The position numbers and the translations under genes were made by a program. DNA of 64,000 bases from Desulfomonilia bacterium. GTDB lineage: Bacteria > Desulfobacterota > Desulfomonilia > UBA1062. The stretch spans positions 576,001 to 640,000 of the forward strand of contig CAXXDQ010000004.1 in assembly GCA_963664325.2 (NCBI GenBank). Reading direction: 5' to 3'. Each line of letters starts with the position of its first letter. Within the stretch, counting starts at the first letter, position 1. This document shows, piece by piece, positions 47,420 through 57,709 of this stretch. The notes under the pieces were generated by a model that worked only from the letters and a program-made list of their open reading frames with translations, searched no databases and was not told the DNA's origin.

Positions 47420-49090
47420 CTAGTTGATCCCCGTTATATTGCCGTCGTCGTCGATATCGATCCTGTAGGCTGCCGGCACTCTGGCCAGGCCGGGCATGCG
47501 CAGTATCTCGCCGGTGATGGGGATGAGGAAGCCGGCGCCCGAGGCGATCTTGATTTCGCGCACCGTGACGATAAAGTTCGACGGCAGGCCCAGTAAGGAC
47601 GGGTTGTCCGAGAGAGACTGCTGGGTTTTGGCGATGCACACCGGCAGCTTGTCGTAGCCGTATTTGCGGATCAGGTCCAGGTTGCGCTTGGCCAGGGGCT
47701 GGTAGTCGACCGAGACCGCGCCGTAGATTTCGCTGGCCACGGCGAAGATCTTGTCCTCCACGGGCTGGTGCCATTCATAGAGCGGGCGGTAGGTGCCGGT
47801 GGCTGCCTCTGCCAGGCGGGCGGTCTTTTCGGCCAGGTCCAGGCCGCCTTCGCCGCCCCGGCGGAAGATGTCGGCCGCGGCGATGTTCATGCCTTCGTCC
47901 TCGGCTGCTGCGATGACGGCACGGATTTCATCGTCAGTATCCGCTTCGAAGCGGTTGAGCGCAATGATGCATTCCACGCCGAACTTGGCGATGTTCTCAT
48001 AGTGCTTGCGCAGGTTGGCCATGCCCAGCACGGCCAGGCGGGGATTGGGCGCATCCAGTTCATCACGCTCCACGCCTGCGTGGTATTTGAGGGCCCGCAC
48101 CGTGGCCACCAGGACCACCACCCTGGGATTGAATTCACCGTAACGCGCCACAATATCGAAGAATTTTTCAGCGCCCAGGTCGAAGCCGAAGCCGGCCTCG
48201 GTGACAACGAAATCAGCCAGCTTGAGCGCCAGGTCGGTAGCCATGATGCTGTTTGTGCCCTGGGCTATATTGGCGAACGGTCCGCCGTGGATAACGGCCG
48301 GCACGCCTTCGGTGGTCTGGACCAGGTTTGGCAGAAGGGCGTGTTTCAAAAGCGCAGTGACCGCGCCTTCCACCTTGAGGTCGCCGGCGATGACCGGTTT
48401 GTCGTCATAGGTCAGGCCCACCATGATGCTGCGGATCTTGTCCTTGAGCTCCTTATACGAGCGCGACAGGCACAGGATGGCCATGATCTCGCTGGATGGC
48501 ACGATATCGAAGCCGGTTTCGCGCGGCACGCCGTTGGTGGAGCCGCCCAGGCCGATCACTATATCACGCAGAGAGCGGTCGTTCAGGTCCACCACCCGGC
48601 GCCAGGTGATCTTGCGCGGATCGATGTTCAGGGGATTGCCGTGGAACACGGAATTGTCCAGGAGGGCGGAGAGCAAATTATGGGCGCTCTCGATGGCCGG
48701 GAAGTCATTGGTAAAGTGCAGGTTGATATCCTCAACCGGCAGCACGCGCGATTTTCCGCCGCCCGTGGCCCCGCCCTTGATACCGAAGACCGGGCCCAGC
48801 GACGGTTCGCGCAGGGCCGCGACGGTCTTTTTGCCGAGCCTGGCCAGGGCCTGGGCCAGGCCGATGGAGACCGTAGTCTTGCCTTCGCCGGCGGGCGTCG
48901 GTGTCATGGCCGAGACCAGGATCAGGCTGGCGCCTTCGCGGCGCTTGAGGCGCCGGATGGTCTCAATGCGGACCTTGGCCTTGTAGGGGCCGTAGCTTTC
49001 CAGGTCGTCTTCAGCCAGGCCGATTGACTGCGCGATCTCGATGATGGGCCTGATGCCTGCTTTGCCTTCGTGCGTGCGCGATCTGGCCAT
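47420..49090 (-). CDS. fhs: Formate--tetrahydrofolate ligase
   Basis: TPTPAGEGKTT, LREPSLGP.FG.KGGA.GGG, HGGPFANIA, TEAGFG.DLGAEKF and AKTQ.S motifs. Confidence 0.97.
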   Translation of the reverse strand: MARSRTHEGKAGIRPIIEIAQSIGLAEDDLESYGPYKAKVRIETIRRLKRREGASLILVSAMTPTPAGEGKTTVSIGLAQALARLGKKTVAALREPSLGPVFGIKGGATGGGKSRVLPVEDINLHFTNDFPAIESAHNLLSALLDNSVFHGNPLNIDPRKITWRRVVDLNDRSLRDIVIGLGGSTNGVPRETGFDIVPSSEIMAILCLSRSYKELKDKIRSIMVGLTYDDKPVIAGDLKVEGAVTALLKHALLPNLVQTTEGVPAVIHGGPFANIAQGTNSIMATDLALKLADFVVTEAGFGFDLGAEKFFDIVARYGEFNPRVVVLVATVRALKYHAGVERDELDAPNPRLAVLGMANLRKHYENIAKFGVECIIALNRFEADTDDEIRAVIAAAEDEGMNIAAADIFRRGGEGGLDLAEKTARLAEAATGTYRPLYEWHQPVEDKIFAVASEIYGAVSVDYQPLAKRNLDLIRKYGYDKLPVCIAKTQQSLSDNPSLLGLPSNFIVTVREIKIASGAGFLIPITGEILRMPGLARVPAAYRIDIDDDGNITGIN

Positions 49091-49096
49091 TGGCGT

Positions 49097-49636
49097 TTAC
49101 TTGATGAAAGTCGCTTCGAAGCGGATATCGATGTTATATTCGTCGCCCAGACGGTTAAAGTCTCTTTTCAGGTCGCTGATCTTAACGGCCGGCGGCAGGG
49201 CGAAATAGCAGACCATACTGAACACGTTGGCGCCCGTGACCGGGTTGCTGTCCACCGTGCTGGCGATGTCGTCGATGTTGATGCCCCGCTGCAGGAGCAC
49301 CTTGCAGATCTGATGCACGATGCCGGGGTGATCGATGGAAATGGCCGTGAGCTTGTACGGGATGGACGGCAGCACTTCGCGGTGGCTCGGCGCCTTGGTC
49401 TTGCGCACGTGAATCTCGAGCCCGGTCTTTTCCCTCAGGCTGTCTAGCTCGCCGATGAAGCGTTCGATATCCTCGGTATTGCCTGAAGTGAGGATGATCA
49501 TGCCGAATTCATTGCCCAGCACGCACCCCCGCGAACGGTCGATGTTGATGCCGCGCGCGCTGAAGAATTCGGCGATTTCCTTGGCCAGACCCGGCCGGTC
49601 CGGCCCCATGGACGAAAACACCACATATGATCGCAT
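49097..49636 (-). CDS. gcvR: Two-ACT-domain GcvR-like protein
   Basis: G.DRPGL and DHPGIVH ACT loops; directly upstream of fhs. Confidence 0.75.
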   Translation of the reverse strand: MRSYVVFSSMGPDRPGLAKEIAEFFSARGINIDRSRGCVLGNEFGMIILTSGNTEDIERFIGELDSLREKTGLEIHVRKTKAPSHREVLPSIPYKLTAISIDHPGIVHQICKVLLQRGINIDDIASTVDSNPVTGANVFSMVCYFALPPAVKISDLKRDFNRLGDEYNIDIRFEATFIK

Positions 49637-49827
49637 ATGACGCCCCCGTAAGAAGCTTAGTTTCTCAGCACATAACCACCCCGGAGCGCGGCTGTCAAGG
49701 AAGTAAAGCAGATCATCCCGGTTGCCTGCGGCCGGCGGGAAAGGCGGTGGGATAGGAGTACGGACAGTCCATGAACCGCGGCTGAAGTTCTGTTTGCGTG
49801 TGCGCCGTGTTCTTTTATGCTGCGGCC

Positions 49828-51651
49828 TCAGTAGCCCCTTTGGGACTCCCTATGGGTCTGAGAAAGGAACTGCTCCAGGTTGATGCGGGCCCAGTAGTCC
49901 CGTTCTCCCTTTGACCAGTCACTGTAGTATCCGAACAGGGCCTCGATCGTACGGGCCTTGTTGTCGATAATGGCGTGGTGGCCTTCTATCGGGCCGTGAA
50001 TTTTATAATGGTATCTGTTGTTCCCCTGGCTGTCCTTGCGGTTGGGATTGAGAAAATCAATGAGCTCTCTTGCTTTCTCAAAATCAATCCTGCCGTAATC
50101 CTGTTCAATCAGCCCGTTCAGCAGTGTGTATCGCATGGTTGAGGCCGGAAGGACTGCTGAGGCATAATAGTTAATCCATGGTGAAAATGTCGTGAGCGCC
50201 ATCCTCGGGATGACGTAATGATTGGTTGCCAGGACGACATCCGGCCGGGTTTCAGCCTGGTCGGGGAAATATATTCCGTAATAGTGTTTGCCGTCCTCCG
50301 ACTGGACATAGAAATTCCTGTTCTTGAACGCATCAGGGAATATCCAGTCCTGGGAGCGTATCATGACACCCCTGTCAGGCATATCATCATCAAGAAACAT
50401 AATCAGAGGCCAAAGGAGGAGCTGCTCCCATACCGGCAGGATATCGGGCCCGGAAAAGTCCGGCGGACTCATTCCCTCTTCAACCACGACACCGTTTGTA
50501 TATGTCCCGCTGCTCTCATCGTCTGCTATCACGTAAAGCCATGAAACACCCCTGTCCTGAGATTTCATTCTGGTTAACGCATCCCCGATGGTCCCGCAGT
50601 GCTGGACAATATCCCTGAGCACGAGGAGGCTGCCCAGGCCGGGCGTCGCCCTTGTGCAGCCTGCCTGCACGACATCCACTCCCATTGACAGCCCTTGGTT
50701 GTTGAGAGCAGTCGGATGGCCGACAAACCCGGCGGCTGTTGCAGTCACGAACGGCAGGCCTTCTTCAGGCAGATATATTGCCATCACGGAGGCGTCAGGA
50801 TACATATACCGGTTGTTTTCTTCATCATACAGGCCCGGGAAAAACATGAAATCCCTGCCGTGAAAGACTTTTCCATCTGTCGTTGCATTACCTGATACGA
50901 CAAATTCATTGCATCCCATGAAGTCCGGTCTGGCGCCCGGGAAAAAGGCCCTGCCGTCCGAGATGCTGACGGAGCTCTCGATCTTTGAGACGATATCCGG
51001 GCGCCCCTGAGCCTTTAACCGCTGAATATTGGAATAGAGCTGCTCCTTCAGAAGTGTAAGACCAGGTAATGTTCCCGTAAACAGAATCGAATAGGTAGCG
51101 TCAAATCCTTCGTTCAGGAGGAGTACGTCATCAAATGATACGCTGAAGCCTGCCGCCGTGGCGCCGTCTGCCACGCCCTGCATTTCTTCGATCAGATACC
51201 CGGGAATTGAGCCTTTTTTGAGTTCATCACGGCAAAGCAGCAGCGTCTGTTCCTGCAGGAAATTGAACAGCCACGGGGCATCTTCATACTGGATTTTTAA
51301 AAGGGCTTCTGCGACAACCTTTTTGTAATCTTTGGACATGCGGGCTGTTCCTTCAGGCATGAGGTATCCCATCTGATAGCCCATGCAGTATGAGGGACCC
51401 ATAAGTACGAGAAGGGGCTTTGCATCAGAGTTAACAGCCATATATCCTGTATACGTTCTGCCGCTTGCCTTGTCCGTGCACGAAGCTTCTTTTTCAACCG
51501 TAAACCCCTGCCAGGTAAGTGCTGAATGTATCGCATCAACAGAGGCTTCGATCCGGGCTTCCTGGTTAGCTTGATCTTTTTGTGAGGAGCATCCGTATAA
51601 ACAGAGCAGGAAAATAGAAATTGCAAATATGATTCCTCTTAATCCACCCAT
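49828..51651 (-). CDS. C45 family autoproteolytic acyltransferase/hydrolase (Ntn fold), lipoprotein
   Basis: LYGC lipobox; EMQGVADG; GCNEFVVSG.AT.DG..FHGRD; LNNQGL; ATNHY. Confidence 0.8.
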   Translation of the reverse strand: MGGLRGIIFAISIFLLCLYGCSSQKDQANQEARIEASVDAIHSALTWQGFTVEKEASCTDKASGRTYTGYMAVNSDAKPLLVLMGPSYCMGYQMGYLMPEGTARMSKDYKKVVAEALLKIQYEDAPWLFNFLQEQTLLLCRDELKKGSIPGYLIEEMQGVADGATAAGFSVSFDDVLLLNEGFDATYSILFTGTLPGLTLLKEQLYSNIQRLKAQGRPDIVSKIESSVSISDGRAFFPGARPDFMGCNEFVVSGNATTDGKVFHGRDFMFFPGLYDEENNRYMYPDASVMAIYLPEEGLPFVTATAAGFVGHPTALNNQGLSMGVDVVQAGCTRATPGLGSLLVLRDIVQHCGTIGDALTRMKSQDRGVSWLYVIADDESSGTYTNGVVVEEGMSPPDFSGPDILPVWEQLLLWPLIMFLDDDMPDRGVMIRSQDWIFPDAFKNRNFYVQSEDGKHYYGIYFPDQAETRPDVVLATNHYVIPRMALTTFSPWINYYASAVLPASTMRYTLLNGLIEQDYGRIDFEKARELIDFLNPNRKDSQGNNRYHYKIHGPIEGHHAIIDNKARTIEALFGYYSDWSKGERDYWARINLEQFLSQTHRESQRGY

Positions 51652-52010
51652 AATCCGGCCTCCTTTTACAACTTGTGCTCACAATAAAAAGCATGCTCAT
51701 TCAGCTCTGCATTCAAGCAATCCCTTTGCCGGGATCATCCTGAATGCAAAACGGAATCAGTAATGAGATTGCATTCCATGACACTGCAAAAATAAAAAAC
51801 AGGACATAGCAATAATACCAAATATCTAAACTACAGACCCCCTTTATATCAATCTGCCGGATATAAAAACCGGCTTAAATATTTTTTGGTGCCAGGCCAT
51901 CACTACTGAAATTGTCAGGATCAATGGCCCGGCAGCTAATATTTTTTATAGAAATAAAATATCAAAATAGAGATCTGAACTCATGTCTCCCGATTCCCTA
52001 ATTCCTGACT

Positions 52011-53720
52011 TTACCAGCCCAATGGATGCCCATATTGCTTGATATAGGTAGCCCACCATGCTGAAGCAATATCTTGCATCACCATAGCGCCGTTATCGCT
52101 ATTAGTTAGGACAACAAGACCGAATCCATTGTACGGTATATTATTATTTACACCATATACACCAGCCTTATGGAACAGAATCAGTGACTCGAAACCGTCA
52201 TTTTTACCAGAATGTCCCCAGAAATTATCCAGACCGTACATTTGATAACTAAAAAAAATTTTTAGGTAATCAACTCTAGCTTGAGCTAACAGTGAAATTT
52301 GAGCCCCTGTTTGATCCATTAATATATTATTACCTTGATCGTCTGTTCCATACCTTCCCACAAAACCCACCTTTGTTACACCATTTATTACTTTTGTTAG
52401 GATACAATAGTTTCCATTGAAATGAACTACTTTTCGTTCGGGATTTATAATTTTATCCACCCATCCATCAGGATCAACAATTAATTTCTTTACGAAATAT
52501 GCGAGATCAGGTGCGGTTGTATATAATCCAGCCGCTGTCTTAACGGAGTAAAAAGTGTCTGGATAGGGTGTCCCGTCCGTTTGATATCCGGTAGCAACAT
52601 TAATCTGATTCTGATAAGTGATGTCACCGTATAAATATGTACTGTGAGACATCAACAAATTATAAAGCACATAATCCGTCATAAATGTACTGAATAGCTT
52701 GTATTCTGGTACAGTAGTTGAATCTGTATATATATATTTCCTTAAAAGATTTTCCATAACCTTCTGCATTACTGCATACCCGGCTCCTGAGTAGTGTGCT
52801 AATTTATTATCGCTACTTGGTTGCTCAAAAAGCTGGGCTGAGTAATTTTTGTTGTTGGTAGCCCCATATAGACTTCCACGGAGTTCTTCAGTAAGAGCGG
52901 GAAGATAATATCCCGTATCCTTAATTTTTTCACGTTGTCCGGTTGGCACTAGCCAAGTTGTATTGACCGTATCTTCTCCGGTCCATCCTTTATAACCATC
53001 TATGGTATCAGGAATTAGAAACTGCCGTATCCCCGATTTGTGCAAAAGTATTTTTTCTAGAGTAACACCATTTAAGTAATCTGCAAGCCACGTTCCATAT
53101 ATAGGAATCGTGTATAATGTAGGATTACTTTTATCTCCTGGGGATGGTGTTGTATAACTGTATGGATAACTACCATATGTATTCAGAAAACCTTCGCCTT
53201 TATGTAATCCGGAAGAATCCACGGGGTCAACGCTTTTAGTCATATACTGATCGAATACTTCTTGATTACCTGCAGACAATATATTGACTAATGTTAGTAG
53301 GCCCCATGCAGAAACCGGTTTTGAAATTGAACCGGCTTGGAATATTGTGTTTTCAGTAACATCATAATTGCTACTTATATTACTTTTTCCTCCATATATT
53401 CCAGGTATACCATCATTATCATCATCATCAAAAATGATATGTCCAGATCCATCATCTTTTAAAAATATAACGGCTAAACCTGCAGTTTCATAATCACTAA
53501 GGAGGTTCGATTTTTTTTCTCTTACAACGGTTCTTAACGCATTGAAGTCATTTGGTACTGTGCCTATATTAGTAGAAGTAACTACTTTTAAGCATATGCC
53601 GTTTGAGTCAATCCACATAGCCTGCGCGAAAACGCTTGAACCTGATAATAGAATGCCGATGGTGATAATTGATATTAACACTGGATGCCTAAACAAACGT
53701 GATCCTATAATCTTTTCCAT
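52011..53720 (-). CDS. Exported beta-lactamase-related serine hydrolase
   Basis: Signal peptide; FQAGSISK (SxxK), LLHKSG, YSGAGY, AAGLYTTA.DL, GHSG and LTNSD motifs; AT-rich coding. Confidence 0.85.
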   Translation of the reverse strand: MEKIIGSRLFRHPVLISIITIGILLSGSSVFAQAMWIDSNGICLKVVTSTNIGTVPNDFNALRTVVREKKSNLLSDYETAGLAVIFLKDDGSGHIIFDDDDNDGIPGIYGGKSNISSNYDVTENTIFQAGSISKPVSAWGLLTLVNILSAGNQEVFDQYMTKSVDPVDSSGLHKGEGFLNTYGSYPYSYTTPSPGDKSNPTLYTIPIYGTWLADYLNGVTLEKILLHKSGIRQFLIPDTIDGYKGWTGEDTVNTTWLVPTGQREKIKDTGYYLPALTEELRGSLYGATNNKNYSAQLFEQPSSDNKLAHYSGAGYAVMQKVMENLLRKYIYTDSTTVPEYKLFSTFMTDYVLYNLLMSHSTYLYGDITYQNQINVATGYQTDGTPYPDTFYSVKTAAGLYTTAPDLAYFVKKLIVDPDGWVDKIINPERKVVHFNGNYCILTKVINGVTKVGFVGRYGTDDQGNNILMDQTGAQISLLAQARVDYLKIFFSYQMYGLDNFWGHSGKNDGFESLILFHKAGVYGVNNNIPYNGFGLVVLTNSDNGAMVMQDIASAWWATYIKQYGHPLGW

Positions 53721-53788
53721 AGTCAAACCTCCTTGATCAAATTTATTTTTGTGCAAGGCGCACAACAAAACCGGCAGCAATTATTACA

Positions 53789-54094
53789 TCAAGCCCCTGT
53801 AAAGCCGCTTTCGCGAAATACTTTCTTCATCAGTTCCGGCGTCAGGGGTGATCCCCTGTCAGACAACAGGTTTGTCTCCGCAGTTTCATAATTACCTGCG
53901 TGATTCTGAGAAAACATCATTTCATGTCTTTTGACTTCGCCTTTTGTATACTGCTCGATAGAGCGGGCTATATCAGGGGTGGCCTTCTTTTTTCCGGTTA
54001 TGATCTCCGAGAGGTAACTGGGAGACAGCTTGAGGTCTTTGGCGACTTTCTTCTGCCGCAATCCCGCAATCCCGATCCACGTCTTTAAATTCAT
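53789..54094 (-). CDS. Cro/XRE-type HTH transcriptional regulator
   Basis: QKKVAKDLKLSPSYLSEIITGKK.ATP..A..IE..T.GEV; GGGGG RBS. Confidence 0.85.
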   Translation of the reverse strand: MNLKTWIGIAGLRQKKVAKDLKLSPSYLSEIITGKKKATPDIARSIEQYTKGEVKRHEMMFSQNHAGNYETAETNLLSDRGSPLTPELMKKVFRESGFTGA

Positions 54095-54138
54095 ATCAAA
54101 TCCCCCCAGGTAATATTTGTCATATATTTTATTGGTGA

Positions 54139-54306
54139 GCGATTGTCAATAATTAATTCGCATATTAAATATATAAATCGCTAAAGATGGTTTTGGTAAC
54201 CGGATAATCACTGATATGAACTGTCTGTGATTTATATGCCGAATAAAACAATGTCATAATATTCATATTATCTGATCCATATAGCGAATACCAAAATATA
54301 ATTCGC
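54139..54306. promoter_or_regulatory. Divergent promoter region with two GCGAWT-N11-ATTCGC boxes
   Basis: Boxes at 54139-54161 and 54284-54306; minus-strand TTGACA at 54144-54149 lies inside the first. Confidence 0.5.
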
Positions 54307-54343
54307 TTGCCTTTTGGGGGGAATTCTTATAAGGGTATCTTTG

Positions 54344-55624
54344 ATGTCAAGCATATACGATTTCTACATTGACCTTAACGCAAGGATTAATTCCCAGCTG
54401 GAACAGATCGGTGAAAAACTGAAACTTGACCGCATCTGCGTATTCCGTCTGGTGAATAAAAATCCCGATCTGCTGCACGCATGGCCCAGTGAAGAGCGAT
54501 GCGCCATGAAAGACGAATGGGCAAAACTCCACCTTGATACAGATATACAAACCATATTCAGGAGCCTGAAATCTTTTCATCCCTTTTTTGACCCTTTCAG
54601 CAAGCTTGATTCGAAACATCGCAAAGTGATGAATAAGCTGGGCATCAAGGCAGCCATATTCATTCCCATCCAGAATGAAGGCCGCCTCTGGGGTTTCCTG
54701 GGCTGCTTCAACGAAAAATCAGACTCTGACTGGAAAAGCTCTGAGATTTCGCTCGCACTTCATGACTCAATGGACCTCATTCATACAATACTGTTCAGTG
54801 AAACCCTGGCCGAACTCAAAGAAGGCGATGAAAACCTTCAGCTCCTGATGAGCATAATTACTGAAGGGATCGTCACCCTCAATATTGACGGCCTGATAAC
54901 AAATATCAGCGGCCATATTGCCGAACTTGGCGGATACAGAATGGATGAGCTGATAGGTAAAGACATCAGAAACTTCATACACAAGGGTGACTGGAGTAAG
55001 CTCGATAGAGACATGGCTCAAGTGAAAGGCAAGGAGAAAGCCATTGCCAAGGAAGATTACAGACTCCTTATGAAGACGGGTGATATTTACTGGTCCCGCT
55101 CGACTGTCATGTCGATATTCAAACATGGGCAGCATAACGGATACCTCTGTGTCCTTTTCAATATTCACAGGTACAAATGCATGGAAGAAGAACTTCACTG
55201 CCTCAGGTCTGCCATGCGGGATTCATGTGACCTGGTATGGATAACCGATCTCGGGCTCAAGTTTACCTATATAAGCCCATCGGTGAAAAATATTCTGGGA
55301 TATCAGGTAAATGAAGCCATGCGAATGTATATGGGCCTGACGGTTGCCAGGACTACTCTTGAAAAGCTTGGCGAGGCATTTGTAAAAGGGCTTAAGGCGG
55401 TCATGAAGGGGGACCTTAACTGGAGGACATCTTTATCTGTTGAACAATTCACGAAAACCGGGAAAAAACTGTCAGGAAAAATGCTGCTTAAAATTCATCT
55501 CAATGCAGACGGCAGGCCTGAAGGTTTCATGGGAATTACGAATTTCAAACTGAGACAGCCTTTTGCCGGCAACCCGGTCGGCAATGACGCCTCTGACGAT
55601 AACGGCGTTGAAAGCGCCTCTTAA
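54344..55624 (+). CDS. GAF-PAS-PAS sensory protein with no output domain
   Basis: GIKAAIFIPI..GRLWGFLG (GAF); ELIGK..FIH.GD (PAS1); FTYISPSV..ILGY (PAS2); no kinase, GGDEF or HTH motif. Confidence 0.8.
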   Translation: MSSIYDFYIDLNARINSQLEQIGEKLKLDRICVFRLVNKNPDLLHAWPSEERCAMKDEWAKLHLDTDIQTIFRSLKSFHPFFDPFSKLDSKHRKVMNKLGIKAAIFIPIQNEGRLWGFLGCFNEKSDSDWKSSEISLALHDSMDLIHTILFSETLAELKEGDENLQLLMSIITEGIVTLNIDGLITNISGHIAELGGYRMDELIGKDIRNFIHKGDWSKLDRDMAQVKGKEKAIAKEDYRLLMKTGDIYWSRSTVMSIFKHGQHNGYLCVLFNIHRYKCMEEELHCLRSAMRDSCDLVWITDLGLKFTYISPSVKNILGYQVNEAMRMYMGLTVARTTLEKLGEAFVKGLKAVMKGDLNWRTSLSVEQFTKTGKKLSGKMLLKIHLNADGRPEGFMGITNFKLRQPFAGNPVGNDASDDNGVESAS

Positions 55625-55816
55625 AAGCGCCATCAATATTTCAGGAAGGAATTCAATAACACTGCTATCGGTTTAACCATCGACAACACCTGGTGGCTGA
55701 TCAGATCAAATCCCGGTTCTCCTGCCGCTCAGGAAATATTTTATAGCAATTAGGTTTCAATAATTCAGGAAAGCATATAAAATATTTGTTGATTACATGA
55801 ATTAAGGGGGAAGGTT

Positions 55817-57181
55817 ATGAACGATATCCAGCCGGTCATTAAACTCCCGGTAAAAACCAAACTGTCCTATTCAATGGGAGACCTGGGCGCCAACATAGTC
55901 TGCCAGTCCGTAGCCCTTTACTATCTGTACTTTCTGACAGACATCACTTTCCTGAAAGCCTCGCTCGCCGGGATATCGCTGATGCTGGTGCGCTGCGTGG
56001 ACGCATTTTCGGACCCGCTGATCGGATATTTCTCCGACCGCACCAGGACCAGGTGGGGCCGGCGCCGTCCTTACCTGCTGTTCGGCTCGTTCGGCTGCGG
56101 TATTTTCTTTTTCCTTCTCTTCACCTATCTGCCCATTCACAACCAGGGGCTGCTTTTCGTCCATGCGACATTAAGTTATCTGATATTCTATGTCTGCTTC
56201 TCTCTGGTGAACATCCCATATTCCGCGCTGACGCCCGACCTGACGCAGGACTATGACGAGCGCACCAATCTTACAGCTTACAGGATGGCCGGGGCCATCA
56301 TCGGGATGTTCATCGCCGCCGGATTGACGAGCGAGCTGATCAAGCTTTTCCCGACCGAGAGGATTGGATACAGCCTGACCGCCGCCGGATACGGCGCGCT
56401 CTTTATCATCCTGACGCTCATAGTCTTCTGGGGCGTAAGGGAGAAAAAAAATTATGCAGTCCAGCATGACGACACCCCGATGTTCAGACTGTATCTCAAT
56501 TCGTTCAAGAACAGGCCTTTCCTGATGGTCCTGATGGCGTACATCATGGTGGAGCTTGCGATAGTCCTGATAAGCTCCACCCTCATCTATTATATGGAAT
56601 ACTACATGAAGAAGAAGGAGCTTCTCAGCACCATTTTTCTGACCATGTTCGGCACAGCCCTTCTTTGCATACCGTTCTGGGCGCTCATCAGCAGACATCT
56701 GGGCAAGAAGTGGTCATACTTCATGGGCATCGGGCTTTTCTCGATCGCCATGATCTGCATATTTTTCATCAGGCCGGGAAACCTCATTATACTTTATCTG
56801 CTGGCTGCACTGGCTGGCATGGGCCTCTCCACCGAATTCGTCAATCCGTGGGCGATGATGCCGGACACCATCGAGTACAACGAGTTCATGACCGGAAAGC
56901 GCAATGAGGGCGTATTCTACGGGATGCAGAGTTTCGGCCCCAAACTTAGCGGCGCGCTTGCAGGACTTATGGCGGGAGAGGTCCTCACCTTTGTTCATTA
57001 TGTGCCTAAACTTGTGAACCAGTCATCGGAAACGCTCCTCGGAATACGCCTTATCTTCTGCATAGTGCCTGTACTTTTCACGGGTCTCGGGATGATATTC
57101 ATAGCGCTTTACCCGATAAGCCACAGGAAATATCAGGAGATAGTGGCCGAACTCGAGCGGCGCAGAGCCGCACAGCCCTGA
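55817..57181 (+). CDS. MFS glycoside-pentoside-hexuronide:cation symporter (MelB-like)
   Basis: DAFSDPLIG..SDRTRTRWGRRRPY, NIPYSAL, ERT.L..YR and G.RNEG motifs. Confidence 0.92.
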   Translation: MNDIQPVIKLPVKTKLSYSMGDLGANIVCQSVALYYLYFLTDITFLKASLAGISLMLVRCVDAFSDPLIGYFSDRTRTRWGRRRPYLLFGSFGCGIFFFLLFTYLPIHNQGLLFVHATLSYLIFYVCFSLVNIPYSALTPDLTQDYDERTNLTAYRMAGAIIGMFIAAGLTSELIKLFPTERIGYSLTAAGYGALFIILTLIVFWGVREKKNYAVQHDDTPMFRLYLNSFKNRPFLMVLMAYIMVELAIVLISSTLIYYMEYYMKKKELLSTIFLTMFGTALLCIPFWALISRHLGKKWSYFMGIGLFSIAMICIFFIRPGNLIILYLLAALAGMGLSTEFVNPWAMMPDTIEYNEFMTGKRNEGVFYGMQSFGPKLSGALAGLMAGEVLTFVHYVPKLVNQSSETLLGIRLIFCIVPVLFTGLGMIFIALYPISHRKYQEIVAELERRRAAQP

Positions 57182-57196
57182 TATGGAAGCCCTGTC

Positions 57197-57520
57197 ATGA
57201 CCGGACCTTTAAAATTCGGAATCATCGGCTGAAGTCAGGCCTCGCGCGTCGGCCACGGCCCGGCGATCATGGCGGACAGCCTCGCAGTGCTTGCAGCCGC
57301 GGCGGACCCGGATGACGATAACCGTTCGAAGTTTGCCCGCGGATCAAGCTTTCCCGTTTTTTTAATGACTACAACGAAATGCCGGGTCATGTCCCGCTCG
57401 ATGCAGTGGTGATAAACACCCCGCCGTGACTGCATGATAGGCATCATCCGGCATTGTTATAGCTGTGATATTCCACGGGGCTTTTTAAAAAAAAGCCCGG
57501 TCCTGTCAAAAAGGCCGGTT
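57197..57520 (+). pseudogene. Degraded Gfo/Idh/MocA oxidoreductase N-terminal fragment
   Basis: MTGPLKFGIIG*..GHGPAI..LAAAADPD, then a frameshift to FNDYNEM..LDAVVINTPP*LH; two in-frame stops; right end approximate. Confidence 0.7.
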
Positions 57521-57620
57521 TCGATACCGGGTGCTCGATTCCCGGACACAAATTCGAGGACCAGGCGGTTGTCTTGTTCATATTGAAAAATCAGGTATCC
57601 CAATCGGTATGAACTCTCAC

Positions 57621-57648
57621 TAAAGATTTCCCCTGAAAATGCCGAAAT
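57621..57648 (+). promoter_or_regulatory. Sigma28-like promoter
   Basis: TAAA-N16-GCCGAAAT upstream of 57710. Confidence 0.5.
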
Positions 57649-57709
57649 TGTTTTATCTTAAGGATCACGGGGTGTGATTGGAAATAACAAGATAAAAGGG
57701 AGAATTTCC

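Noticed and set aside
47768-49027. 419-aa plus-strand ORF
   Set aside because: Antisense shadow of GC-rich fhs; no motifs.
52011-53720. Clinical beta-lactamase resistance gene
   Set aside because: SxxK/YS/GHSG pattern fits the broad serine-hydrolase family; no evidence for beta-lactam specificity.
57230-57232. In-frame TGA at a usual Cys position as selenocysteine
   Set aside because: A frameshift, a second stop and truncation follow, indicating decay.
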